From an uncultured Bacilli bacterium (GTDB taxonomy: Bacteria; Bacillota_I; Bacilli_A; RF39; UBA660), in assembly GCA_910580135.1 (NCBI GenBank), contig CAJTXC010000001.1, forward strand, positions 2,425 to 66,424: a stretch of DNA of 64,000 nucleotides, read 5' to 3'. The notes beneath the pieces are model-generated. The model had not been told where the DNA came from and ran no database searches. It saw nothing but the letters and a program-made list of their open reading frames with translations. Position 1 is the stretch's first letter; each line of letters begins with the position of its first letter. The position numbers and the translations under genes were made by a program. Below are positions 40,501-52,900 of this stretch, piece by piece.

Positions 40501-41973
40501 GTTGAAACATATAAAACTTATTATAATAATACTTCAGAGCAAACTACAGATAATTCTACTCCTACAGGAAGTGTAGTTCTTAGACTTTTTAAGAGTCTTA
40601 TGATGAGTTCTACTTATATGCTTCCTGCAATGTATAAAACTTATACAAAGAAAACTTATAGTATTTATAGAAGAAATGAAGTTACAGAATTTAATAATAC
40701 TATTCGAGCAAGTAAACTTGAAGGTGACGAATCTTCTATAAATATTTATAAATTTGAACCAAATGACTATTATAATGTGCCAACTAATAGAGGTTTAATT
40801 ATTAATCTCATATCAGTTGGTGATGCTATTTTAGTTCATACAGAAGATAGTATGTTTAGATTTTCTGGTAGTAATACAATTCAATCTTCTGATGGTGAAA
40901 TTCAACCTGCTGAAAATAATGTATTTGACACAGGTGTTTCTGAAGTTTTTGGTAGTGATTTTGGTTTTGCCGGACTTCAATATAAAACAGACCATATAGT
41001 TACTGAAAATGGCTATATCTTCTTTGATAGAGATTCTCGTATAGTTTATATGTATTCTGGTCAAGGTCAAATTGTCAAACTTAGCGATTCTATTGAAAAA
41101 CTTTTTAGACATAGACCTATTGAAAGTATTAGATTTGCTAATGATTATTATAATAATCGTTTCTTTATGTCTATTTTGTTTTATGAAGACTATACTGCTA
41201 CTGAGAACGGTAAGCCTGTAATTAAACAAAGATATTATCCTGTTACTCTTTCATTTAATATTACAGAAAACGTTAGGTCTTTTGTTAGTCTACATGATTT
41301 TTATTATGGTTATGCTTTTAATACTAAGACTAAATGCTATTTCTTAGCAGATGATATGCAAGATATTTGTACTATAGATAAAGAATATAAAGGCTGTTAT
41401 AGTAAACTTGAACTTTATAACGATAAACTTTATCTACAAAAAAGAGAAACGCAGATAATTAAGTTAGTAGATACAGATACTGCTGGAGCAGCTATTGTTA
41501 ATTATATTATTAAATTATATGATTCTATATTAGATATTATAGATAACAATAATTACGAAACAGTTAAAACATTAAATTCAATAAATTGGTGTGGAAATAA
41601 AGTAACTTCTGAATTTAGAGATATAGCTCAAAATAATGAAGTTACTCTCAATATGGTTGAAGAAGTAAATGATGTAGTTCCTTGTAAATACATAAGAATT
41701 TATTCTGATACTTGTATGAGCAATCTTTTACCTTGTACTTCAAGGTCTAATGATAAATCTATTTCTGCATTAGACTACACTAAATATCCTTTTTATAATC
41801 AAGGTACTTGGACTTTTAATTATTTTAGGAATATTCTTAATTCTAAAAATAATAAAACAAGATATTCTGGAGATAATAATAGTCTTATAGAAGGTAAATA
41901 TTTTGTAGTAAGATTTGTTTTCGATAGTGATTTTAAACTTGAAACTTTATATTTAAATTATAACGCAAAATGA
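37510..41973 (+). CDS. large virion (tail/cargo) protein
   Basis: 1487 aa; N/I/Y-rich with beta-rich low complexity; contains an A8 homopolymer at 40315-40322. Confidence 0.4.
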   Translation: MAQIIPKLNLNKTPSIIESNSLVFAKNIRLDIDGSIHKDYGVFPMSIHKGKNTDNLVNYKTILNRIISDIEESTKGTETPEDYILLSYVHLQWISGKEIKDEDNNVIASKGTHKIVGIISNSNEFYIFINGNCVRGTDSNGKDITEVYNFIICYDEKEDRFYPCNCNWNWSGGTITGCVINNLLGEKILNIGEKDATTLVPLKCINLNTSTIGDDERIYTQTSNIPITNLNFIGSFNYVIPNGVYQFFVRYKIRDNFYTDWFPASKELFAGNKNINNTSFGTVKFVNTHRDSDNSFKFSVEHLFINQKYNYQSFQIGFIISHDDAIMARAWKHFDFNVNTINFDYNARDAYEIEVIDLLKSAYQLYDVGNITSFKNRLYIANYKETDFNEDLQDKANEIRIEITDQSATSGYDGYPIIERTLNGKTVIAGLKIGEEELSFSGSNGIIDKLLRLKNNYNDESVKDAIIDAIGSNSSNGYRCGAKQWSIQISGNKQSLTGAQNQFRYSHSGNDYSGFIFQIAIQNIKVGGSYINTFTIDAILSAIYSKTRYLNESCIFINNSGAEDYQVDIEIIRKCSYTHKHWVPNGMKPYDPSLGDDYIDVNPGGDNLGRPSDTIIGGSGGHYEYTTVNSTYTQTISLRLWGDRSKYKSTDSNLLLGYTTLIPYQKYKFYIHYVKQNGEITNGYYCNGRTGGIKTVPYKSAVDSVIFPKFTNINLPKGYVACFFSIVHVENTVATVYDINTDNTYGEASCMDINVGLMPGSDNMTIKQGFTSASGGIGDIGGVIINPDFPIIKDPIITASENNEEEQSDITPTLPPISTTQTEIKTNSAKYYYSSDTSNIRYFGADGIIQFDKDSNIVSGKVAYLVNDYTISDAEDTQLTKCTPFINPLTLSKENNVTVYSSFDNMNLLGFICAINPLHRERTIKYYTDGSSVYLKKNIEEAEDGTGAYFSLVELKNHLLDASTYDEKLTALSIINTDIEYIYSNYNLNYMGLNEDPVETYKTYYNNTSEQTTDNSTPTGSVVLRLFKSLMMSSTYMLPAMYKTYTKKTYSIYRRNEVTEFNNTIRASKLEGDESSINIYKFEPNDYYNVPTNRGLIINLISVGDAILVHTEDSMFRFSGSNTIQSSDGEIQPAENNVFDTGVSEVFGSDFGFAGLQYKTDHIVTENGYIFFDRDSRIVYMYSGQGQIVKLSDSIEKLFRHRPIESIRFANDYYNNRFFMSILFYEDYTATENGKPVIKQRYYPVTLSFNITENVRSFVSLHDFYYGYAFNTKTKCYFLADDMQDICTIDKEYKGCYSKLELYNDKLYLQKRETQIIKLVDTDTAGAAIVNYIIKLYDSILDIIDNNNYETVKTLNSINWCGNKVTSEFRDIAQNNEVTLNMVEEVNDVVPCKYIRIYSDTCMSNLLPCTSRSNDKSISALDYTKYPFYNQGTWTFNYFRNILNSKNNKTRYSGDNNSLIEGKYFVVRFVFDSDFKLETLYLNYNAK

Positions 41974-43847
41974 GTAGAATAAGACTTAAAGATGATGGTA
42001 AGCCTCGTCATAAAGCTTTATTTGGTGCAGATGGTGCTGTGATGGCTGCTGCTACATTAGCTGCTGCTGGTATTACTGCTGGTGCTACAGCTGCTGCTGC
42101 TAAATCTCAAGCTAAAGCTATGGTAGAAAATGCTAAAACTCAAGCACAATCTATAAAAGACCAAACTACTAATAGTAATAATCTTCAAAAAGAACAACTT
42201 GCTTTTACTCGTTCTCAAAATCAAGAGAACAGACAACAACAGCAAGATATTCAAACTACTCTTCAGCTTATGGCTGGACAAGAGAATATGAATGATAGAA
42301 TGGAACGTAATAAAATGCAAGTTAGACTTGGTGGTAAACCTAAACGTAGAACTATCACTGCACCTTTCTACGGGGGAGGTCAATTCCAAGTAACTGATGG
42401 TGGTGGAGTTATTCCACTTTCTGTTACACCTGACGGTTATGGTCTTTATGAGCTTTATGGTAATGACCACGAACATTATCATAAAACTTCTGGTGGAAAG
42501 AACAAAACCGGTGTTGGAATTAAATTCAATGACGGTTCTGTTGTAGAAGGAGAAGGCAACCAAAATACTAATCAAGGTGAACTTCTTTATGTTACTCCTA
42601 ATGATGCTATGTTTATTTCAAAACATAGCATTGGTGGTTTTAATCCTACTCAAGCAGTTATGAGTGGTGTTCATCCTGAACAAGCTTTTGCTATTCAAGA
42701 AACACTTAAAGATGAAAAAGGACTTAATGATGATGGTAGTAAATCTAAACGCCGTAGTCTTAAACGTATGCTTGGTGGTCCAACTCAATATCCTGAACAA
42801 GTTAATATGACACAAAATCCTAATAACGGTACAGGTTCTGTTGCAGGTGGTGTCATATATGGTATAAATAATTCAACCACCTCCCCCGTAGAAAAGCTAA
42901 AATATAACAATGCTATTGCTAAACATGGTGGTCGTATTCATCTTAAATGTGGTGGTAGACGTAAAGCTGCTTGGGGTGATTATGCTGGAGCAACTTATAA
43001 TGCAGCAGGTAATCTTCTTGGTGCTGGTATTTCTACTTGGGGAAATATGTGGGCTTCTAATAGACTTGGTAAAGCATATAATGAAGCTGGTAATATTCTT
43101 GCAGATGCTTATTCTCAAATGCATGGTATTGATATGAGTGAACTCAAAATGGAAGATTATGCTGCTCCTCATACTTTAGCTGTTGTTAGAGATGCAAATA
43201 ATATAAGTTATGACCCACAAAGAGAACGTATTCATCGTAATTCTGCTTCTGAACGTAGAGAAATAAATCGTGGAACTTTAAGTTCTGCTGCTCGTCAGCA
43301 AAGACTTGCTGCTACTAATGATAGAATGTTCCAACGTATTAGTGAAGTAGATGCTACAGAAAATAATGCAAGAGAATCTATACGACAAGGTAATGCTGAA
43401 CGTATAACTCAAACTGCTCAAGCTAATGCAGATAGAGATGTTCAAGCTCGTAGAGATTTTGGTAATCAAAGACTTTCACTTCTTCAATATAATAATAATA
43501 TTGAAAATGCTAAGATAGCGGGTATGGCTCAAGCTCGTGCTGATGCGCTTACTCAGTCTTCTATGGCTCATGCACAAGGTATGCAAGCAAGTATGTCTGC
43601 TATTGGTTCAGGACTTGCTAATTCAGGTCAAGGCTTTGCTTCTGCTTTTGATGCTGCAAGAAAAGAAAAAACAGATTTTACTAATACTTATATAGGATTA
43701 GGAGATATAGATAAAGTAAATGCTGCTATTCTTAGATATAAGCAAACAGGAGACAAATCTTTTATAAATAGTTTATTAGCTGGTAATACAATAAGTGACG
43801 AAGCTAGAGCTAAATTACAAGATACACTAACTAAAAAGAAAAGTTAA
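41970..43847 (+). CDS. virion protein with Ala-rich N-terminal hydrophobic segment
   Basis: 625 aa; GADGAVMAAATLAAAGITAGATAAAAK then Q/N-rich coil; carries two opposed GC-motif copies. Confidence 0.4.
   Translation: MSRIRLKDDGKPRHKALFGADGAVMAAATLAAAGITAGATAAAAKSQAKAMVENAKTQAQSIKDQTTNSNNLQKEQLAFTRSQNQENRQQQQDIQTTLQLMAGQENMNDRMERNKMQVRLGGKPKRRTITAPFYGGGQFQVTDGGGVIPLSVTPDGYGLYELYGNDHEHYHKTSGGKNKTGVGIKFNDGSVVEGEGNQNTNQGELLYVTPNDAMFISKHSIGGFNPTQAVMSGVHPEQAFAIQETLKDEKGLNDDGSKSKRRSLKRMLGGPTQYPEQVNMTQNPNNGTGSVAGGVIYGINNSTTSPVEKLKYNNAIAKHGGRIHLKCGGRRKAAWGDYAGATYNAAGNLLGAGISTWGNMWASNRLGKAYNEAGNILADAYSQMHGIDMSELKMEDYAAPHTLAVVRDANNISYDPQRERIHRNSASERREINRGTLSSAARQQRLAATNDRMFQRISEVDATENNARESIRQGNAERITQTAQANADRDVQARRDFGNQRLSLLQYNNNIENAKIAGMAQARADALTQSSMAHAQGMQASMSAIGSGLANSGQGFASAFDAARKEKTDFTNTYIGLGDIDKVNAAILRYKQTGDKSFINSLLAGNTISDEARAKLQDTLTKKKS
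42362..42384 (+). repeat. GC-motif copy 10 (ACCTTTCTACGGGGGAGGTCAAT)
   Basis: inside ORF 41970..43847 in a different frame, read as APFYGGGQF. Confidence 0.8.
42874..42897 (-). repeat. GC-motif copy 11 (reverse complement GCTTTTCTACGGGGGAGGTGGTTG)
   Basis: same ORF as copy 10, read as TTSPVEK. Confidence 0.8.
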
Positions 43848-43853
43848 TATATT

Positions 43854-45137
43854 ATGGCAGATATACCTACTATGAGTCTTAAAGCAGCACCTATGCAATT
43901 TGCTACTTTTACTCCTGTACAATATACTCCTCAAACAGCTGATCCAACACTTCTTTCGAGGTCTATGGCTGCTCAAGAGGCTAGACAAGAAAAAGCTAAT
44001 CAATATTTATTAGCTATAGATAGTACATTAGCTGAAAAAAGAAAACTTCTTAATAAAGCTGATTATGATTGGATGGCACAACAAGCTAATGCTGTTAGAT
44101 CTGAAGTAGATAGACAATTAGAACTTGGTAATTGGCAAAGTGCTATTCGTGTTGCTCAGCAATCTGCAAGAGATTTGACTAGAAATACAGAATTAGAAGA
44201 TAGAATAAGAGCTAATGAAGCATATACAACAGAACGTAACAAAATACAATCTGGTAATTATAGTTCTTATACTAAACGTAGATGGGATGCTATAAACCAA
44301 TATCAATTTAATGGAACTGCTGATTGGACTCCTACTTTTCGTCCTGTAACAGATATGTCTGTTGCTGATATTTGGAATATAGCTGTTAGTAGAACTCCTA
44401 TTAGAAGTAAATCTTCTTCTTGGTCTAGAACTGGTAATACTCATACTTTTTTAGACAATAATGGTAATTTAATTACAGATATAACGGAACAACATACTGA
44501 TGAACAAGGAAATACAAACATACGAGTAGCAGACGGTGTTATAGGTACATACTCTACTACAACAGAAACTCATGGTGGAAGTAGTTCTGTTCAAGAAAAA
44601 AGAGAATCTGATATTATCGCTATATTTAACAATATGTTAAAAGATGATAATATTAGAGGAGCTTTACGACAAGAATATGATAATATGCTTTGGCTATATG
44701 ACCAAGCAACTTCTATTATAGCTAATCCTAATGCTACAGAAGAACAGTTAAAACAAGCTAGAGCTGATTTAGATGTTGCTACTAGTAGTTTATCAAATAA
44801 AGATGGCTTTATATACGCAGGAAATGATGAAGATTTTAATGCTTGGGTAAATGCTCAAGCGGCGCAATATGCTAAAGATAGTGCATATAGACATACTTCT
44901 ACGAGTAAAAATGATAGTGTTACTACTTCTTATAGCGATGGAGCATTAGGTACAGTAAATTCTAATAGAAACGTTCAAGCTATTAATATGTACAGTCCTG
45001 GTTTTGCTACAACTGTAGGTCCTAATATTACTTATACAGCTGTTCCTTATTTAGGAAATTATAATGCGGCTAATATTATGCCTTTATTATATCCTGTACA
45101 AAATACTGTTCCTACTAATTCAAATACTACTAATTAA
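43854..45137 (+). CDS. virion protein
   Basis: 427 aa. Confidence 0.4.
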   Translation: MADIPTMSLKAAPMQFATFTPVQYTPQTADPTLLSRSMAAQEARQEKANQYLLAIDSTLAEKRKLLNKADYDWMAQQANAVRSEVDRQLELGNWQSAIRVAQQSARDLTRNTELEDRIRANEAYTTERNKIQSGNYSSYTKRRWDAINQYQFNGTADWTPTFRPVTDMSVADIWNIAVSRTPIRSKSSSWSRTGNTHTFLDNNGNLITDITEQHTDEQGNTNIRVADGVIGTYSTTTETHGGSSSVQEKRESDIIAIFNNMLKDDNIRGALRQEYDNMLWLYDQATSIIANPNATEEQLKQARADLDVATSSLSNKDGFIYAGNDEDFNAWVNAQAAQYAKDSAYRHTSTSKNDSVTTSYSDGALGTVNSNRNVQAINMYSPGFATTVGPNITYTAVPYLGNYNAANIMPLLYPVQNTVPTNSNTTN

Positions 45138-45149
45138 ATTATAAATATT

Positions 45150-46919
45150 ATGGCTGATATTAATCAAGAAATATTACAACAATATTATGATAGTAGAAAT
45201 TATGCAGCTGCTGCTGAATATTTGAAAACAGCTACTGCTAAAGATTATCGTTCACAACAACAATTAAATGCTCACATAAGACAACTTGAACGAGATGCTG
45301 CTATTCAAAATTCTATATATACTGGACTAGATGCTAATCAAAAAGAAGCATATGTTTTTATGCAAGGAATGAATGGAGCAGGTACTATTCCTCGAAATAG
45401 AACTATAACAATTAACGGAGTACAAACTCAAGAAGTTAATAGTTATGGTACTAATTATTTGAATTATATGAATTCTCTTAGAAGTAATGATGGAACTGCA
45501 TTAGACAAGATTGCTATAAATGTAAATAGCGATGATGATTTAGCTCTTTTAACTTCTAGTTTAGGTTTTCAAAATATTAATTCTAATGACCTTGGTATTT
45601 CTTATCAATCTTTAGGAGAAGGAAAACATAGAATTCTATTAAGTAGAGATAATAAAAATTTATATAAAGTATTAAATGCTGTAAACAATATTTCTTCTAG
45701 AAGCGGATTGGATATAGCAAATAATATAGCAGGCAAAACTGCTGTTATGGCAGGTATAGGTGGAGCAGGAGGCGCAATGTTTGCTGGTGTAGGAGCTATT
45801 CCTGGAACTATTGTAGGTGGAGCTGTAGGTCTTGGTGGAGGTATAGTAGAAGAAATATATAATGCAGTGACTAATTCAAATAGATTTGATATTTACGGTG
45901 TAGCACCAAGTGGTAAAGTTTATTCTACAGATGAATTTAATTATAATAATCTTGAAGCTGCTATGTCTGAAGTAAATAAAGCTAATGAAATTTATTCTTC
46001 TATAAATGCAAATAAAGAAAAAGAACAAACTTTTACTACAGAAACTGTAGTTACCCAATTTTTAGGTGCAGGTCATGCTGAAGCATTTAAAGCTCTTCAA
46101 CAAGGTAGAATTGACCAAACTACTTATGATAAAATTACTAAAAATTGGGAAGATGCTTATGACAGACTTATAAGTGGAGCTGATTTTACTAAACATGAAA
46201 TATATGCTTGGTCTGCTGATTCTGGTGAAGGTGTTAATCTTACTAAAGTAGATAATGCTAATGTTCCTGATTTAAAAGGAGAAGTTTTATTAGCTATGAA
46301 AGAAGGAAGAGTTGCTAAATCTCTTTGTGTTAAAGATGGAGAAATAGGTACTCTTCTTACTATAACTCCTCAAACTGATAAAAATGGCGAATGGTCTGAA
46401 GGAAAAGGAGATGTTCAGAAAAAAATATTCATTCAAGGTCTTTTTGAAGGAACTGCTGAACAAGCATTTGAAGCTGATACAAAAAGTAAAGCTGCAAGAC
46501 AAAACGCCGATATGAAACGTTGGAATTATGAACAAAAACTTTCTAACGGTGTTACAGTAGGGTATTCATCTGGTTCTCCTTATATTAAAGCTCCAGATTC
46601 TAATGGAAACATGGCTATATCTGCAATAACAGAAGAAGATATGGTTAGAAATCTTAATGAATCTGTTATTCTTGAAAATAGTGTATTAGAAGTTTTATCT
46701 AATTTAGATGAAAATGGAGAATTACCGTATCAAACAATAAATGGTCGTAGAATTAGACCTACAGTAGAATCTATGCTTAATGCTTATTCTATAGCAGCTA
46801 CTAATGAAATGTATCCAAAAGGTTCTACTACAGAAAGAGAAAGAATACAATATCAAAATAATATGTATAATGCTATGAAATCGTTATACGATAGGTATTA
46901 TAATTATCAACATAATTAA
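45150..46919 (+). CDS. virion protein with Gly-rich hydrophobic segment
   Basis: 589 aa; AGIGGAGGAMFAGVGAIPGTIVGGAVGLGGGIV glycine-zipper-like stretch. Confidence 0.4.
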   Translation: MADINQEILQQYYDSRNYAAAAEYLKTATAKDYRSQQQLNAHIRQLERDAAIQNSIYTGLDANQKEAYVFMQGMNGAGTIPRNRTITINGVQTQEVNSYGTNYLNYMNSLRSNDGTALDKIAINVNSDDDLALLTSSLGFQNINSNDLGISYQSLGEGKHRILLSRDNKNLYKVLNAVNNISSRSGLDIANNIAGKTAVMAGIGGAGGAMFAGVGAIPGTIVGGAVGLGGGIVEEIYNAVTNSNRFDIYGVAPSGKVYSTDEFNYNNLEAAMSEVNKANEIYSSINANKEKEQTFTTETVVTQFLGAGHAEAFKALQQGRIDQTTYDKITKNWEDAYDRLISGADFTKHEIYAWSADSGEGVNLTKVDNANVPDLKGEVLLAMKEGRVAKSLCVKDGEIGTLLTITPQTDKNGEWSEGKGDVQKKIFIQGLFEGTAEQAFEADTKSKAARQNADMKRWNYEQKLSNGVTVGYSSGSPYIKAPDSNGNMAISAITEEDMVRNLNESVILENSVLEVLSNLDENGELPYQTINGRRIRPTVESMLNAYSIAATNEMYPKGSTTERERIQYQNNMYNAMKSLYDRYYNYQHN

Positions 46920-46928
46920 AATTTTAAT

Positions 46929-49900
46929 ATGGATATTCAAGCTATTTTTAATGCAGGAGGAACTGTTATTAAAAATCCTAATTATAAAAAAAGAAAAAAG
47001 AATACTCAACCAGAGTATATAACAGTTTCTGATTTAGATTCAGGAATTGCTCCTGATGGAAGTATTGTAGCAGATATAGCGTACAAAGCTGCTGCAAGTG
47101 GAAATCAAGATATATTAGGAAGAAATGGAGAATTAGATAAATATATAGAACATGGTCTTACTCCAAATGGTTGGGAAGATTTAGATGTTCAACTTGCAGA
47201 ACAACAAGGTAATTGGACTAAATTAGGTAACGCTCTTGCTCAAACTCTTGTATCTGAATTAGCTCTTGGAACAGTTAAAGGTTTCAGTGATTTAGGAGAT
47301 TTAATAGGACAAGCTGTTGGACTAAGTGACGGTGATTATTCAAATCCTGTTAGTCAATATCTTGAAGAAAAACAAGAAGAATTTCGTAATTTTGCTCCTA
47401 TATATACAAGACCTGGTGTTAACATAAGTAATGGAGGATTACTTGATGCAGGTTGGTGGACTAGTAATATACCAAGTATTATTAGTTCATTAACTCTTCT
47501 TATTCCAAGTACTGGTATTACAAAAGGTTTATCAGCTATAGGAAAAGCAGCTAATGTAGGTGCTCGTACAAGAAACGCTATACGTGCTGTTAGTGGTGTT
47601 AATCGTAAAATGGTACAAGCTGAACGTCTTAGAGAAGCAGGCAGAACTACTGAAGAAATTGCTGAACTTACTAGACTTAATGGAGTTCAAAAGTTTCTAA
47701 CAAGTGCTAGTACAGCTAAACAAACTTCTCTTTTCTTAGAAAATGCTACAACTGCTGCTCTTAGTAGAGCAATGGAGAATTATCAAGAAGCTCGTCAAAC
47801 ATATAATGATATGTACGCTGAAGCTTCAGAATATCTTAAAGATGATAATAATTATCAGACATTTCTTCAGCAAAATAGTGAATCTCTTAGGCAAGCAGGT
47901 GTTGATGTAAATGATAGAGATGCTGTAGCTAAATATATTTCTTCTTCTGCTGCCGATAGAACCTTTCAAACTGACTGGTTTAATGTTAGTTGGGATGTTA
48001 TTCAAATGTATGGTCTTAGAAATGCTTGGAAAGGACTTAGAAATGCTAAAGATACTCCTTCTGCTGTAAGACGTGCTGAATTAGATGCTCGTAAATATTT
48101 TGGTAAAAAGCCTGAAGAAATAGCTAAACTTAAAGCTCAACGTTCTTTTGGTGAAAAAGCACGAGAATGGGCTAGTGATAGACTTTATGGTTCTAAACTT
48201 ATTGTTGGTTTTGAATTAAGTGAAGGTGCTGAAGAAGCACTTAACTATATTGCTACAGAAGAAGGTATGCGATTTGGTCGTGTTCTTCTTGGAACAGAAC
48301 AAGGAGAAAATAAAGGTGTATGGAGTAACATACTTAATGGATTTGATGGTCGTTTGAAATCTTATCTTCAAGCTCCAGAACTTTATGATGCTGCTTTTTG
48401 GGGTGTTCTTGGTGGTGTAGTTTTTCAAGCTGGTGGTAGTTTTATTAATCGTGTAGGTCAAAAGTTTAATAAATCTGAAGCTGACAAAAATGCTGCAAGT
48501 AAACTCCCGTGGTATCAACTTGACCAACTTCCTGAAAATCAAAGACGTATAGCAGAAATAGAAGCTCGTTCTACTGATTTTGCTAATTACAAATCTCAAC
48601 TTGATAAAATTAATCAAGGAATTGATGTTTATAATTCTACAGAGAATAATGAAGTAAGATTTAATTCTGAAGAAGAAGCTAATGTAGCAAGAGAGAAACT
48701 TAAAGATGAATTTATTGCTAGTATGACTCTTCGTGCAATGAATTCTGGTAATTATGATATGCTTAAAGCTTTTCTTCAAGATGAAAATGTTCGTAAAAAT
48801 TTAATTGAAAGTGGTGTTTTTGGACATGAAAGTGAAAATGGTAAAACATCTGCTGAAATAGAACAAGAAGCTAAAGAATACGTTGATTCTGCTGTTAGAC
48901 GTATGGATGAAATTGCTGATATGTATGAGCAAGAACTTACAGCAGTCGATTACGCTTCTTCTCGTATTGGCAAAGATATGTTAGCCGAATATATGCAAAT
49001 TATAGCTAACAATAATGTTAATACACAACTTGCTCTTAGACAAAATCAACTTTCACTTGCAGGAACTAATGCTAGAATTGCTCAATTAGAAGAACAATTT
49101 AGAGATAATCTTGACCCTAGTATTAATCATGCAAATAATATTAAAGTAGGTCTTATTTCTTCTGAATTAGGTAAACTTTATGCTGAGAAAAAGAAACTTA
49201 CTGAACAGCCTAATAGTCTTAGCAAAACTATAGCACTCGAAAACATTAATAAAAAGATTGAAACTCTTGAAAATGAACTTTCAGATAGTGAACTTGTTTT
49301 TGCTACTTCTTTAGCTCTTCGTTATGTAAAGAAAGAAGATGGTTCTTATGCACAAGAAGATACTGAAGATTATTTTAGATACAGAGATAATCAAATAATT
49401 AATCATACAGAAGATAATGTAGGTTTAACTTTTGACGATACTTTAATAAGTGTTGGACTTTCTCGTCGTGCTAGAACTGTTCTTAGTGATGTAGCAATGC
49501 AAGAATATAAAGTTCTTGAACAAGATGCTGGTAGTAGTTTTGCTACTCTTCGTCAAATTAGTCCAGAACTTAACGATTTGTATGCTGTTCGTGCTGCTAC
49601 AGAATTATCTTCTAAAATGCTTAATTCTGAACTTGTTCGCACTGTAGATGAAGTAAGAGATTATTCTGCTATGCTTCATAATACAATGAGTGAAGCACGT
49701 ATTACTGCAATTGAACAATCCAATAAAACTATACTTGATTTATATAAGAAATATGGTAGAGATATTGAGTTCTATGTAACTGATGATTATAGCAGTAAAA
49801 ATGAAGTACTTAGAAAACTTTCTGAAAGTGAACGTAAAAATCTTGATGATGCTCTTAAAGTTTTAGCACTTACTAAATCTTATAATCGTTCTCTTGGTTT

Positions 49901-52900
49901 ACAACTTGAACTTATGTTTAGAAATCATGATGCAATAGTTGCTAGTCAAGATAGTGCTTTTATAGATGAAGAAAGTGAGGAAAACTCCACAAATTTAGAA
50001 GGCGATACAGACACTATTAACCCAGACCTTGACAATTACACAGGAACAACCGAACAAGACGACACAGAGCAAGTAATCGGGCAAAATGACGATATTACGC
50101 AGCCGAATGACCCCCAAAATATCTCAAACCGAACTCCTGCTTATTATGCTAAATTTTGGTTTCCAAAAGGTGTTCTTTCAAGTAGTAGACATAGTAGCAC
50201 AGATAACGGTGGAGCAGCAGTTTACGATAATGGAGATGGGACATTTACTTTAGATGTTCGTGATGATAAAAAAGCTCTTAACGATTCTCGTTTCTTTGCT
50301 AATGCTGATGAAGTAGATTTAACTCGTCCTTATGAAATAGTAGAAAAACCTATTCTTAAAAAGAATAAAAAAGGTAAACTTGAAGTTTATAAACAAGGTA
50401 GACTTGTTAATACTGATACATTAGAATATCAAGCTGCTCAACAAGCAGAAACTCAAGAAGAAGTTCAAGATGAAGTTCAGACTGAGGAAACTCAAGATGA
50501 AACAGTTGAACAACCTATTGAACATACTACTGAAGAAGAAGTTGAAGAAACTACTCAACCTGAGCAAGTAGAAGCTGACAACCCTTCTACGGGGGAGGTA
50601 GTTGCTGAAACTACTTCAGTTAATACAGAAAGTTCTGCTCCTGTTTCTGTTTATGATGAAGTTGTTCCAGATGAAGTTACTACAGAAGATGAAATTCGTA
50701 TGGCTAGTCTTGGAAGATTTCAAAAAGAATTTAAAGCTAATAATGATGTAGATTTAGATTCTATTGCTAGTGAAATCATAAACGAAGAAGTTAGAAAAGG
50801 TAGAGATAGACAAATGGTAGAAGCAGCTGTTAATAAATCTCTTTCTATTATTAAACGAGTAATAGAGCGTAAAAGAGGAAAAGCTGCTGATTCTGTTATG
50901 CAAAGTTCTGTTGATGAAGTTATTGTTCAATCAAGTATTGTAGAGCTTACAGCTAGAAATCCTTTTATTAAAGATTATACTGATGCTGTTAAGTCTATGA
51001 TAAATGAATTTTGTAAGGAAGTAGGTATAAATGAATATAATGGCAAAAAGTATATCAATCTTGAAGATTTACTTAGATATGTAAATACTATAACAAATGA
51101 TAGTCAAACTTCTAATATGATGTTTGACGCACTTAAAGTTTATCTTACTACAGACGAAGCTAAAAAAGAGTTTATAACAACTGATGAAACTCAGAATAGT
51201 GATACTCTTAAAAAGAATATAGCTAAGTCTGCTGCTCAACGTTATCAAGAAAGACTTTCTGATACTACTACACAACGAGTAGATATTTGGAGTCTTCGTA
51301 GAACTATGTCTTCTAATAAAGAACTTCAAGAATTTGAAGAAGCACTTGAGGCTATACAAAAAGGAGATAAACTTACTTATGTAAAAGAAGATAAAAGAAT
51401 TGTTCTTAAAGATTCTAAAGGTAGAATTGTCGGTACTTTAGCTATTCCAAGTATCAATCCTAAAACTGGTGCTTATGAAATAGCTAATGATGGTTGGAGA
51501 TATGATATTATTTCTCAAACTGGTGGTAATATAAATAGTAATCTTAAAACCCTATTTTCTCGTTGGCTTAATGAAGTGAATGATGCAAGTAAAGAACTTA
51601 ATGCTATTATTTACGAATTAGCATTTGAAAATGTAAGTCCTGAAAGAAAGAAAGAACTTCTTGTTAAATTTGCTAATAATTCTGAAATTAAATCTGCCAG
51701 AAATAATGGTTTTATAGATGCTGCTGCAACTAATGAAAAACTTATTAATGGTCTTGTTAAACTTTGGAGATACCAAAATTATACAGATGGAGATGTTACT
51801 ACTTTACGTAATAAACGTATTGATAGAACATTGAATACTTGGTTTAGCAAACTTCGTAATAGTTATGATGGAGTTAGTTATCTATTAAATGAAGAAAATG
51901 GAGAAATAGAAGTAACTAATATTAGTGATGGCGAGATAATTAGAGCTTCAGAAACTAATGGACAAGAAGCTGCTCTTCCTGTTAATAAGGCAATAGCTGG
52001 TGGTGTAAATCCTTCTATTCATAAATTAGCTATAGCCTCTAATAACGCTAATCATCTTACTGTTTCAGGTATGCCTGATATTCATTTTTCTGGTGTAGGT
52101 AAAATGAATACTTTTGTTCTTTTACCTAATAGAAACGGAAGTTATGAATATGTTCAAGCATATCCTGCTGATATTACTGATGATTATATAGGAAAAGATG
52201 CCAAAGAAATAATTAAAGCAATTCAAGATAGAGTAGAACAACTAATTGAAACTCATGTTAAACAACCTACTCAAGAAAGTTTCGAAGCTATTAAATCTTT
52301 TGTTAAATCTGTTCTTAGTAATCATAATGGTAATAGTAGTCTATTTTGGAATCTTACTCTTTTTGAACAAGGTAATACTTTTGGTATTTCTTTGAATAAA
52401 GATACTAAGATTGTTATAAATGCTACAACAGGGCAAGTAGATATTTCTAAATCAGAATATAAACCTAATAAAAAAGGATTTAGACAAATAAGGGTTGATT
52501 TAAATAGTAAACAAGCTAAAGATGCAATATCTGAACTATTAAATAATCTTAGATTTAATCTCAATCCTACTTATATAGCTTCAGATAATGCTACAAATAC
52601 TATTTTAAATGGTATAGTTAAACGTAGAAATGGTAAATTTGAAATAACTATTGGAGATAGGACTTGGTCATACGATAGTTTCAATGATTTTATACTTTCT
52701 AATAATCTTGTTAGACTTAATACCAAACCAAATGAAAGAGGAACAAGTAATTTTACTCCTCGTGGTAGTCGTAGTCAAAGTGGTAATCAAGTATTAGAAA
52801 TTAGAATTAATAGTACAACCACCTCCCCCGTAGAAAACCTCATAGAAACTCAATCTACTGAACCTGTTATTCCAGATACTAAAAACATTTCTATTCCTGA